DNA of 63,927 nt, the filler included, from Octopus bimaculoides (lineage: Eukaryota): NCBI RefSeq assembly GCF_001194135.2. It is 6 parts of 6 records of this genome, joined end to end, with 100 filler letters (N's around TTAATTAATTAA, not from the genome) between each part and the next. Parts side by side here need not be neighbours in the genome. Positions count along the whole stretch, not along the records: positions 13,115 to 42,149 come from NC_069006.1; 5 more parts are not named here. One strand, given 5' to 3'. Positions 24,497 through 35,780 of this stretch are shown piece after piece (the first letter of the stretch is position 1; every line of letters begins with the position of its first letter). The notes below the pieces were generated by a model. It did not search any database. It was not told where the DNA came from and saw only the letters and a list, made by a program, of their open reading frames with translations. The position numbers were made by a program, and so were the translations under genes.

Positions 24497-26137
24497 CTTT
24501 AAATGGAGGTCAGATATGTCTAACTCGTCATTGGAGGTGGTTCCTCTTAAAAAGTTTATAGATGTTTAAAAGCCCCTGGGCCAGCCAACACAAACACAGC
24601 CATTGGATTTATCCAAGACACATGGAGTAGCTGCCCTTGGTGTCCCTAGGGTTTGGTTTGGTTAATCTGCCCTTACAACTCAGCTCCTGGCTACAGCATT
24701 TTTTCACTAAGTGACCCACCTTCCCTAATAAGAATTGGTCTATTGCCCAGTTAGTGCTCAGCGGACGTACAGTCATTCACTCAGTTTTTTTCTGATCGAG
24801 CAAATCAATCATGTGTAGTTTGCATAAGTGAATCAACCAAGTTGCTCCATAAAAATAAATTCCATACCATGTATTGAGTGCTCCTCTCTTTTGTTTGTAC
24901 ATGTAAACAAGTGTGCACATAATAAATATACACACACTCACATAAATGTATGTATGTGCATACGTACTTGTATGCATATATAATGAATCAAAATTAAAAA
25001 GCCTTGTGTGTGTGTATTGCGCTGTCTTAATCTATTACTCACAAAAACCTCTCCCTCCCTCTCTCTGTTACTAGTATCTCCCATCACCCCCTGTCTTGTC
25101 TCTGTATTCTCTCTCTCCCTTTCCCTTTCCTCACTCTTGGTAGTGAGAGTCACTGACTGCTCCACAGCAGCTGTCACTGTCGCTCGGATATCACTACTTA
25201 TAACAGTTCGGGCCCTTTAACACTTACATGCATGCACGCACACACTCACTCACTCATTCACTCACTCACCTCCCTGCGTGTAGGTTGATTGTGTGTGTAT
25301 GTGTGACTGAGACAGTTTGTCAGCCTCCTGCTAAGACAACTTTAGTGTTATTATATAATTTCTCTCTTATTCTCCTTCTCTCTCCTCCAGCATTTTTGTT
25401 TGGGATACACACGAAAGTACTGACTGCCTGTAGGAGTGTTTGTCTGCCATAACACAGCTTGCTGTTACTCTATATATATGTTTGCCTGTGTCTAAACACA
25501 TAGGTATATGTTTTTATATATATATATATATATATATNNNNNNNNNNNNNNNNNNNNNNNNNNNNNNNNNNNNNNNNNNNNNNNNNNNNNNNNNNNNNNN
25601 NNNNNNNNNNNNNNNNNNNNNNNNNNNNNNNNNNNNNNNNNNNNNNNNNNNNNNNNNNNNNNNNNNNNNNNNNNNNNNNNNNNNNNNNNNNNNNNNNNNN
25701 NNNNNNNNNNNNNNNNNNNNNNNNNNNNNNNNNNNNNNNNNNNNNNNNNNNNNNNNNNNNNNNNNNNNNNNNNNNNNNNNNNNNNNNNNNNNNNNNNNNN
25801 NNNNNNNNNNNNNNNNNNNNNNNNNNNNNNNNNNNNNNNNNNNNNNNNNNNNNNNNNNNNNNNNNNNNNNNNNNNNNNNNNNNNNNNNNNNNNNNNNNNN
25901 NNNNNNNNNNNNNNNNNNNNNNNNNNNNNNNNNNNNNNNNNNNNNNNNNNNNNNNNNNNNNNNNNNNNNNNNNNNNNNNNNNNNNNNNNNNNNNNNNNNN
26001 NNNNNNNNNNNNNNNNNNNNNNNNNNNNNNNNNNNNNNNNNNNNNNNNNNNNNNNNNNNNNNNNNNNNNNNNNNNNNNNNNNNNNNNNNNNNNNNNNNNN
26101 NNNNNNNNNNNNNNNNNNNNNNNNNNNNNNNNNNNNN

Positions 26138-26195
<58 letters not shown>

Positions 26196-26249
26196 CGTGT
26201 GTGTGTTTGTGTGTGTGTGTGTGCGTGTGTGTGTTTGTGTGTGTATATA

Positions 26250-26480
26250 TTGGCACGGGTGTGACAGTGTGGTAAGAAGTTTGTTTCCCAGTCACATGGT
26301 TCGATCCCACTGCGTGGTACCTTGAACAAGTATATTCTACTATATAGCCTTGGGCCAACCAAAGTGAGTGGATTCAATAGATGGAAACTGAAAGAAGCCC
26401 GTCATATGTGTGTGTGCGTGTCTGTGTTTGTTCACTCACTCCCTCCACATTGACAACCAGTGTTGTCTTTACATCCCTGA
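26250..26480 (+). mobile_element. SINE family C, 5' part
   Basis: gtgtggtaagaagtttgtttcccagtcacatggttcgatcccactgcgtgg...gaaactgaaagaagcccgtc. Confidence 0.75.
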
Positions 26481-26711
26481 CAAAAGGATCTTATATGAAT
26501 CTTTAATAAAGGTTATGCCGTTTTTAGCCCCAACTGGAGCATGGGAAAACTGAATAAGAACCATGGAACTGATTTATAAGTTTATAGTATCTGTGATACA
26601 TATGTATATATTCCTGCGTGTATATGTGTGTCTGTCTGTCTGTGTATGTGTATAAACACACCCATATAGATATACATATTATATATTATATTATATACAT
26701 ATTATATATAT

Positions 26712-27335
26712 CTTTTACTTGTTTCAGTCATTGGGCTGTGGCTATGCTGGAGCACTGCTCCAAACAAATCAACCCCAGCACTTATTTTTTTTTAAAGCCT
26801 GGTACTTTTTTATTGGTCTCTTTGGCCAAACTGCTAAGTTACAGGGACATAAACAAACCAACACCAGCTGTGAAACAACAGTGGGGCACAAACGCATAAA
26901 GACACGCACACTCATGTGTGTGTGTGTAGTTATATGATGGTCTTCCTTCAATCGCCATCTACCAGATCCACTCTCAAGGCTTTGGTCAGCTCAGAGTTAT
27001 AGAGGATACTTTCCCAAGGTGTCACACAGTGGGACTGAACTCAGAGCCATGTAACAGGGAAGCAAACTTCTTACTTATTTCTTTATTGCCCACAAGGGGC
27101 TAAACATAGAGGGGACAAACAAGGACAGGCAAAGGGATTAAGTCGATTAGATCGACCCCAGTGCGTAACTGGTACTTAATTTATCGACCCCGAAAGGATG
27201 AAAGGCGAAGTCGACCTCGGCGGAATTTGAACTCAGAACGTAATATCAGACGAAATACCGCTAAGCATTTCGCCTGGTGTGCTAACGATTCTGCCAGCTC
27301 TTACTATAAACTTCTTACTACACAGTACCCATATA
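26712..27335 (-). mobile_element. SINE family C interrupted near its head by an A-long SINE (27076-27307)
   Basis: TSD aaacttcttact at 27064-27075 and 27308-27319. Confidence 0.8.
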
Positions 27336-27739
27336 CATACATATATATATTCTTTTATGCACTTCAGCCCAAAGGCTGTGGCCATACTGGAGCCCGTCTG
27401 CTTATCTCTTTTCATCTCTCCTTCTCTCTCTTCATTTGCTCTATTTCACATTGAAACTCCAACCAAATTCCCTCTGCCATCTTCCCTTCGTATCCCACCT
27501 TTTCCTGTCATCTTGTCACCTCGTCTTTGATGTATTGTCGTTAACCACATGTAACACACAACAGCAAAGACCTGAAACACCCACAGCATTAACCTGTTGC
27601 TCAAGCTACACCACCATGCACACTTATCTGTGTGGGCGTGTGTGTGTATGTGTACACACACACACACACACACAGAGAGATAGCCATTCATATAAACATG
27701 TACACACTTGTTAGCGCAAACAGTTATACATATGGTGGT

Positions 27740-28060
27740 CAGTATTGACATTTGTATATACACACTGTCCTGCTTGGTCATTAATATATACACTCCCACA
27801 ACATGGATGTTGATGATGGTTTAACATTGGTGTTTAATAATACACTTCCTCAACAGTGATGTATCTAAATAGAAGCCCTTAACACTGACATTTTCTACAC
27901 ATGTTTATATACACTCATCAACTAACACATTAATGTTTATTCACAACTTGTCGACATTCACATCTCTATAAACCCATTGACATTTCTGTCTTGACATATC
28001 AATTAAATTTGACATTTATATAGATTCATCGCTATTGACATTTATATACACTCACAGAAT
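27740..28060. repeat. Degenerate minisatellite with a (t)tgacattt core
   Basis: tgacattt or a close variant recurs at about 27746, 27887, 27953, 27977, 27991, 28010 and 28036. Confidence 0.55.
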
Positions 28061-28359
28061 AATACATATATACATACATGACTCTCAGGGGTTGTGACCG
28101 GTTAGTTATTATCATTGTTGTTTTTTCGAGGGTGGGGCATTGGCAGATTTCAGTGGAGTGTTGGACTCCCCCCACCCCGAATGGCTGAATCAGTAGAGCA
28201 TCAGACAAACTGACAGTGTCATTTTGTTATATCACTGTATGTTCTGAGTTCAAATCCTGCTGAGGTGGATTTTACCTTTCACCCTTCTGAGTACAAATGA
28301 AGAAAGGATAGGACCATCCTTTCTTGATAGTATCCTATCCAGGGGGGGGGGGATGTCAC

Positions 28360-28510
28360 AGGCTTACTCATCTTTGCCAGCTGAGTGGAGTGGAGCAACG
28401 TGAAAAGAAGTGTTTTGCTCAAGAACACAGCACATCGCCCAGTCCAGGAATCGAAACCACAATCTTACAATCATGAGTTCAATACCCTAACCACTAAGCC
28501 ATGCACTTCC
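28360..28510 (-). mobile_element. SINE family D, 5' part
   Basis: Matches 11125-11277. Confidence 0.8.
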
Positions 28511-28859
28511 GCTGTGAAGAAAAGAGTGGGGTGATGATCATCATAATGTTCGACTATTCTCCTTTCTGTGGTTATGTAGCTTACATTAGGAATAATATTG
28601 TTTTCCTTGAGCTTCTCCCTGATGAGTTCTGAAGGAGGTGGGCTGAGAGGGGAGATTTCAAAACTCAACTGATATGTTTTCATTCACATTCGTATCATGT
28701 TACTATAACCAAGCAATCTCATTTATGTGATATGGAAGGGGTGCTGCCAACATAAGCCACATGAGAAGTGAGTCCATCAATGAACCTCTGTGCCAGGGGG
28801 GGGGGGTCAGTAACAGCCAGGCCACAGCCCATAAGTTAGGCAAAAAAAAAAAAAAGGGT

Positions 28860-29040
28860 CATTATAAAAAGTTGTTGCTCCCTACAGTAACTTGACTTGC
28901 TAGAAATACTAGCCGAATCTAACTCAGATTTCTCTTTATCTTTAAAATGGGAAGGACACGTTGGATAATGCAGTCTAAAAGATATTATGCTGATAGGTCT
29001 GCTGGATCTGGGCTAAATTGGTACTGAATAACAACCATGT
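28860..29040 (+). mobile_element. SINE 3' fragment (family F)
   Basis: gctagaaatactagccgaatct...ttggataatg...ataggtctgctggatc; related pieces at about 29835-29860, 33900-33985, 51290-51310 and 53990-54022. Confidence 0.5.
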
Positions 29041-29414
29041 AACACTCAGGTTACTTGTAATTTGTGGTTATATGGTTGTTATTATTATATTTCTGCAGTC
29101 AACACGAACCGTAATCAGTTGTGACTAATCATGAAATACTGTTGAAGTTACAGTCATCATTTGGTGGTGGTGAACCTGGTCATTAGGTGCTCATAAAAAT
29201 ATCTCACCAATTACACAACACGCTTCACTCCCTTTTGTGCACCCTCTACCACCTGATACTTGTCATGGTGTTCTTACTCAGCTCCCAAGATATCTCTCCC
29301 AGTCACTACTTTTGATCTGCATTACTTCTTGCTAAAAAGCCTAAAAACTCAGAATGCCTCTCCGGTCACACAAACGTCACCTAATCCCTATATAGTTTTC
29401 ACCAAGGGGCTTAA

Positions 29415-29625
29415 CCCATTGGCATTTAAACTGGCCATATCCAACCCAAATATTCTACCTGTTTTATATTCAGACTGGCCAGGTCCAACCTCTCACACAT
29501 AGCCTACAATGTCATTCTAAGAATGAGCAATCAAATCATCAAAATCTTGAAGCTAGGAGATAAATTCAAAAAATTATATGATAAATTGGCATTTCCTTTG
29601 AGAGAATAATGTGAATGCGAAAGGG
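29415..29625 (+). mobile_element. piggyBac-type MITE
   Basis: TTAA (29411-14), then cccattggcatt...aatgcgaaaggg, then TTCA; second copy at 20357-20900. Confidence 0.65.
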
Positions 29626-30789
29626 TTCAATCTCTCTCCAGGCACACAGATATTATAACATAGTTCTTATAAGTATGTATTGTCTTAGTCCTAGGACCAA
29701 TTGGGTTGGTTGCCTAGTTTCCATGGAAACTGAAGGGGCTGAAATTACAGTATTCCTTCTGCAGAGGATGCCAGTCCATTACAATAAGGTTTTATTAAGG
29801 ACCCTTATTTTGAACGTATATTTTGATTTGGATCAAATTTGGCTGCTATTTCTTGCAGATGAAACAAGCATTTACAGGCTTCCCTTTATACTATTTGTTA
29901 ACACCTAATAAACTGGGAGCTAATTGTGGTCCTGGCTGTCCAGGAAATCCTTCTTGCTGCCTCGTAGCTTGTGAATAGTTGATTTGTGGTGTGGCTCAGA
30001 ACAGACTCAAATGACCACTACCCACCCTCCTCCTCCTCCTCCTCCTCCTGCACGCGCACATTCAGACAAAAGGTGGCGTNNNNNNNNNNNGGGGGGGGGG
30101 GGCTGTAAAGGTATTTTGCTTTGATGGTAAATTCATGCCCATAACTTTAGGGTGGGATTGAACTCTCGGTTGCAGGGTTGATGAATCTGTCTAATTTTCA
30201 ACAACACTTTTAATAACAGTGATAATGATTATGGTGATAATAACGATGATGATGATGATGATGATGATAATCATAAGAAGAAGAAGAAGAAGAAGAAAGA
30301 TGATAATAAAAATAATTGTTTCCTGTCTGAGATTGAACTTGTACGCCTATTTAGTTTAATTTAGCTGCTTATCAGCTTACACAATGGTTGCGTAGAAGTA
30401 TTTATTTCCTTGTTACCGCCCACTCCTTCAGAGCCTTCAGGAGAGAGAGAGAGAGAGAGAGAAGGGGAGAAAAAGAAAGAGTGTGTGTGTGTGTGTGTGT
30501 GTAAGAAAGAGTAAGAGACTTAGGAATAGTTGACAGTTTGTTTTTGCATACTTTACAACTCTAAACAGGTTGTAAGTAGTCGGAAATTGATGCAGTTATC
30601 TAAATGTGCAACCTGTTGCCTGCTTACTTCCCCTTCCTCGGCTTCCACACCAACTTTGCCACTTGGCTGCTAACGGTATCGCTAACTTAACACTTGTAGA
30701 TCAGATGTATATCTTTCGCTCAAAGTTGTTGCTAACACATGAGTAGAGAAGTGTGTAGATTGGTGTGTAGGTGTTTGTGTGTGTGTGTA

Positions 30790-30949
30790 GACAGAAAGAT
30801 GAGATACAGTGTGTAGACTGCTCTGATATGTATAGATACTCCAGTAGCTCTTGGTGCATATAAATATGTGGAGACTGCTCTAATGGATATATATATACAT
30901 GTGTATATACATACATTACACACACCCATGTATGTATGTGTGTAATGTA

Positions 30950-30993
<44 letters not shown>

Positions 30994-31454
30994 CGTTCAA
31001 AGCTCGAAATGAAGAGTAGATGGACTGAAGACAACTGATGAAGGGTCGTTCTTTATGTTACTTGTCCTGTTTTTCATTTGTTTCTTTCGTTATTTGCGTA
31101 TCTCATGTTGTTTACGGTTTGTGACGTCCTGTACCCATATATGCATATCTGGTGTATATAAAGATACCAGCAGAAATGTATAGGCTGCTCTGACATTCCA
31201 GTAGAAGTGTATATAGACATTCCAGTAGAAGTGTGTAGATAGCTCTGATGTCTCTAAATTTGTGTAGCCTGCTCTAAGATATACAGTAGTACCTCGGTCT
31301 CTGAACAACTCTGATCACAAATAAATCGTACTTTATATATATAGATATAGATATATATAAAGCACGATTTATTCATGATCACTGTTGTTCGAAAACCGAG
31401 GTTCTACTGTATATCATCATCATCATCATCATCGTTTAACGTCCGCTTTCCATG

Positions 31455-31494
<40 letters not shown>

Positions 31495-31668
31495 NNNNNN
31501 NNNNNNNNNNNNNNNNNNNNNNNNNNNNNNNNNNNNNNNNNNNNNNNNNNNNNNNNNNNNNNNNNNNNNNNNNNNNNNNNNNNNNNNNNNNNNNNNNNNN
31601 NNNNNNNNNNNNNNNNNNNNNNNNNNNNNNNNNNNNNNNNNNNNNNNNNNNNNNNNNNNNNNNNNNNN

Positions 31669-31712
<44 letters not shown>

Positions 31713-31880
31713 TGTGTGTGTGATATAGACAACTCTAATGTGTATAATGATGTCAGTAGAAGCGTATGTTACTGCTCTGATGTGTATAGAAACATCAGCA
31801 GAAATGTGTAAACAGCTCTGAAATGTGTGTTGACTGCACCAAAGCGTGTATATCCGCCAGCAGATGTATGTAGAATGTTC
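30790..31880. repeat. Three patches of a degenerate ~40-bp tandem repeat
   Basis: cagyagaartgtgtagactgctctga-like units at 30790-30890, 31155-31290 and 31725-31875. Confidence 0.55.
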
Positions 31881-32109
31881 TGCTTAATAAATGTTTTTCA
31901 TTAAGACTGTTTAATTGTTTCCTTCTACATTCTGTGAGTTCAAGTCCTGCCAAGTTTTGTTAATTGCTCAGCAACCAATTAACTAATTACTCAGTAACCA
32001 GTTAATTAGATATTTAGGAACCAATTAATTAGATACCCTGCAACCAATTAACTAAATTACTCAGTAATAGACTAATTAAATTACAGATTAACTAATATGA
32101 CAACCAATT

Positions 32110-32465
32110 TATACCACACTGTGATACCTACATATATCTGGGTGACCTGGGCTGTTAACAGTGAAGTGTCTTAGCCATGAATAGCATTTATTTACAGCTA
32201 GATGGACTGAGCTACGGACAGCTTAAGTGTCTTAGCCGTGGTCACAATACAGTGAACAATACCACACTATAGTACCTACATACATCTAAGTGGCCTGAGC
32301 TGTTGACAGTTAAGTGTTTTGTCCAGGAACGCAATACAGTGAGCAGCTATAAGGTATGGACTATTAATGACAATTATATTAGTTATGGGCACAGTACAAT
32401 AAGCTATACCATGCTGTGGTACTTGCTTACAGCTAGGTGGACTTAGTTGTTTGTCACAGCCAGTA
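32110..32465. repeat. Degenerate tandem repeat of ~75-80 bp units with ~155-bp pairing
   Basis: ataccac...gtacctacata-atct and acagctag(a/g)tggactgag...aagtgtcttagcc recur. Confidence 0.6.
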
Positions 32466-32599
32466 ATAGGAGACAAACTTCCAACTTCTCAGGTCACCTC
32501 GCCTTAGACACTCTTTTCTTAGCCATGACTATACCAGTTCAATGTATGAAGGAAATATCTCCAAATTATAATAATTGATATATAATATATTGATATATA

Positions 32600-32970
32600 G
32601 ACACAGGAGTGGCTGTATGGTAAAAAAGTTTGCTTCTTAACCATATGGTTCTGGGTTCAGTCCCACTGCATGGCACCCTGGGCAAGTATCTTCTAATATA
32701 GCTTTGGGCCAACCAAAGCCTTGTGACTGAATTTAGTAGTTGGAAACTGCAAGAAGCCCATGTGTGTCCTTTGTGTTTATCCCCCACCACTGCTTGACAG
32801 CTAGTGTTGGTGTGTTTAAGGCCCAGTAACTTAGCAATTTGGCAAAAGAGGCCAATAGAATAAGTACCAGGCTTTAAAAAAAAAATAATTACTGGGGCCA
32901 ATTCATTCAATTCAAAGTCTTTCAGGGCCCCAGCATGGCCACGGTCTAATGACTGAAACAGATAAAAGAT
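32600..32970 (+). mobile_element. Full-length SINE family C
   Basis: caggagtggctgtatgg...ggttcagtcccactg...ccccagcatggccacggtctaatgactgaaac. Confidence 0.85.
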
Positions 32971-32992
32971 ATAATATCAATATTAAGACAAG

Positions 32993-33190
32993 AAGCTGGC
33001 TGAATCAGTAACACGCTGGGCAAAACGTTTAGTGATATTTCGTCTGTCTTTAAGTTCTGAGTTCAGATTTCACCAAGGTCAACTTTGCTTTCCATCCTTT
33101 CAGGGTCAATGAAATAAGTGCCAAATGAGTACTGGGGTCAATGTAATTGACTTGCCCCCTCATCCCAAATTTTAGGCTTGTATTAGAAAG
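32993..33190 (+). mobile_element. SINE family A, short-tail form
   Basis: ttctgagttcagatttcaccaaggtcaactttgc...tactggggtcaatgtaattgact. Confidence 0.75.
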
Positions 33191-33499
33191 GATTACATTT
33201 TGTGATCCACCCCTATCTCCAGTCAGTCTAATCACTATGAAGCAATCTTATTTCATGCCAGATAAGCTAAATCCCTTCAGTACACATCCCGTGACCCTTT
33301 TCATAGCATTTAATTCCCTTTCAGTATCTGGCTTTTCCTTCTGACTAACACCTTGACAACTAATCCCTGGATGCCAGAATCAACCAGTCCAATTTGATAA
33401 CTCTGATAAATTCAATGTTTATTTTATATTTCTGGGATGATAACAAATTGTGTAGTGGAGACTTAAGGCTAATGTTTCATCATCATCATCATCATCATT

Positions 33500-33608
33500 G
33501 CCATCATCCAGCACACTTATGACCAAGTATGGTACTGGGTTCAGTCCCACCGTTTGTCACCCTCGGGCTGACCAAAGCTTTGTGAAAGGACTTGGTCGAC
33601 AGAAACTG

Positions 33609-33666
<58 letters not shown>

Positions 33667-33900
33667 GTGCGTGTGTGTGTCTGTGTTTGTCCCCAACTAT
33701 CACTTGACACCTGGTGCTGGTTTGTTTATGTCCCTGTAAATTAGTGGTTCAGCAAGAAGTGAGACCAATAGAATAAGTACCAGGCTTTATGGAAAGTAAG
33801 TTCTGGGAGTTGGTCTGTTTGACTAAAAACAAAAAAAAACCCCTCTAAGGTGATGCCCCAGCATGGCCAAAACCCAGTGACAAACAATTAAAATATAAAA
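33500..33900 (+). mobile_element. SINE family C with an expanded internal (TA)n
   Basis: The 5' half ends gaaactgg, then (TA)n at 33615-33660, then the 3' half ctgtgtttgtcccc...cccagcatggcc. Confidence 0.75.
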
Positions 33901-34289
33901 GCATTCAGCTGTGACCACCCCATCTTTTTTTCAGACGTTCCATACTTTGGCTTACATTATCCAATGACCATTTTTTTAGGGCAGCAGACCAACCCACAAT
34001 TCAGTCTTATTTTACAGCAGTCAGTTGAGTGTAAATCCTGGCCCCTTTTTCCCCAGTTGTATTTTTAATAATGTGCTTCTCTGTTATTTCCGTGAAAGTT
34101 CCTAGTTGTTTGTCATAGTAAGTCTTGGGTTTTGGTCTTGTGTGTTTAGTTTTAACTGCCTGTTTCAGAGGATTCAGACTTAATCCCCTGGGATAATCTT
34201 GGATTTGTAATGCTCTGTTTGCGTGTGAATGAACTAATCCAGTATTTTTTTCTTATCAGAGCTTACATTGTTTATATTTTGATTGTAGC

Positions 34290-35262
34290 TACTGGGTGGT
34301 GGTGTATCGCATGGTTACTGGCTGGTATTTTATCTCATGGTTGCTGGCTGTTGGTATATCACATGGCCACTGGTTAGTGTTGTACATGTTTGCTGGCCAG
34401 TACTATATCACATGGCTGCTGACTATTGGTATATCACACATGGTCACCGGATTGTATTATATTATCATGTTTGCTGGCCAGTATTGTTGACTGGTGGTGA
34501 ATTGCATGGTTACTGGTTAGTATCTTATCTCATGGCTGCTGGGTATTGGTATATCACATGGCCACTACTTAAGTGTTGCATCATATGGCTGCCGGCCAGA
34601 CAGTATTGTTATCACATGGCTGGTGACATATCAGATGACCACAACTAGGTGGTGACATATCACATATCCGTTGACTGGTGTTGTATCATATGGCTACTGG
34701 CTGGCATTCTATTACATGGCGACTGTCTTGTATTGTGCCACATGGCAATTGGCTTGTATTGTATCATGTTTGCTGGCCAGTATTGTATCACATGGCTGCT
34801 AGGATATCAGATGGATACCAGACAGCAGTTATCATATGGCTGATGACCTATCACGTGACCACAACTAACTAGTAAAATAGACATTTATTGTCTAGTGTTG
34901 TATCATATGGCCACTAGCTGGTGTTTTATCACATGGCTGCTGGCTATTGGTATATCACATGGTTACTGGCTTGTATTATATTACATGGCCACTGGCTTGA
35001 ATTGTATCTCACAGCTACTAGCCAGTATTGTATCACATGGCTGCTGGCATATCAGATGGCTCCCAAGACAGTATTGTTATCACATGGCTGGTGACATATC
35101 ACATGACCACAGCCAACTAGTGATATATCAGACATTTATTGTCTAGTGTTGTATGATATGGCTACTAGCTGGTGTTTTATCACATGGCTGGTGACATATC
35201 ACATGACCACAACTAACTGGTGACGTATCACACATCTGTTGGCTTGTGTTATATCACATATG
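34290..35262. repeat. Minisatellite of 19-28 bp units (core tatcacatgg) with ~220-250 bp higher-order repeats
   Basis: About 37 cores counted by eye; 34780-34940 is repeated at 35025-35190. Confidence 0.85.
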
Positions 35263-35590
35263 AAAACTGCATCGTGATTGCTCAACTTGGGGGTCAACGA
35301 CTGCCCTATTATGCTTCCTGAGTTGAACGTGAGATGGGAGCCCTAAAGCTTTCACATCAGCATGCCTCCACAGTATAGAACGCTGAAGTTCCAAGAACTC
35401 TGCCTCCNNNNNNNNNNNNNNNNNNNNNNNNNNNNNNNNNNNNNNNNNNNNNNNNNNNNNNNNNNNNNNNNNNNNNNNNNNNNNNNNNNNNNNNNNNNNN
35501 NNNNNNNNNNNNNNNNNNNNNNNNNNNNNNNNNNNNNNNNNNNNNNNNNNNNNNNNNNNNNNNNNNNNNNNNNNNNNNNNNNNNNNNNCA

Positions 35591-35706
35591 CCCTCAGCTG
35601 TACTATCCGATAAGGCAGGGTGCGGAGGTGGTGGCGCTGTTCAACTGCCCCCCCCCACTATTGAACAAATGACCACCATGGAACATCTTGTCTCCAGGGT
35701 GGATTG
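35591..35706 (+). CDS. Candidate partial coding exon of an unknown gene (weak)
   Basis: Open frame from the gap edge, PSAVLSDKAGCGGGGAVQLPPPTIEQMTTMEHLVSRVD, ending at a consensus donor TG|GTGAGT (35707-12); GC-rich; no homolog recognised. Confidence 0.22.
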
Positions 35707-35780
35707 GTGAGTGGACAGGAAAGTAGGGAGGGTTAGGCGGAGTATATAACCAGCAGCCAACAAGCAAGCAAATTACCCAT
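35702..35780 (+). promoter_or_regulatory. Candidate Pol II core promoter (reverse CCAAT, GC-box-like, TATA)
   Basis: attgg at 35703-07, aggcggag at 35735-42 and tatataa at 35743-49, followed by an A-rich leader. Confidence 0.22.

Noticed and set aside
34337-35146. Tyr/His/Trp/Met-rich repetitive ORFs, considered as reflectin-like or structural proteins
   Set aside because: There are no reflectin MD(x)5MD motifs, the unit lengths are not multiples of three, and the frames break often; they are translations of the minisatellite
34290-35262. CRISPR-like repeat-spacer appearance
   Set aside because: The context is eukaryotic, the intervening sequences are themselves related repeats of variable length, and there are no cas genes
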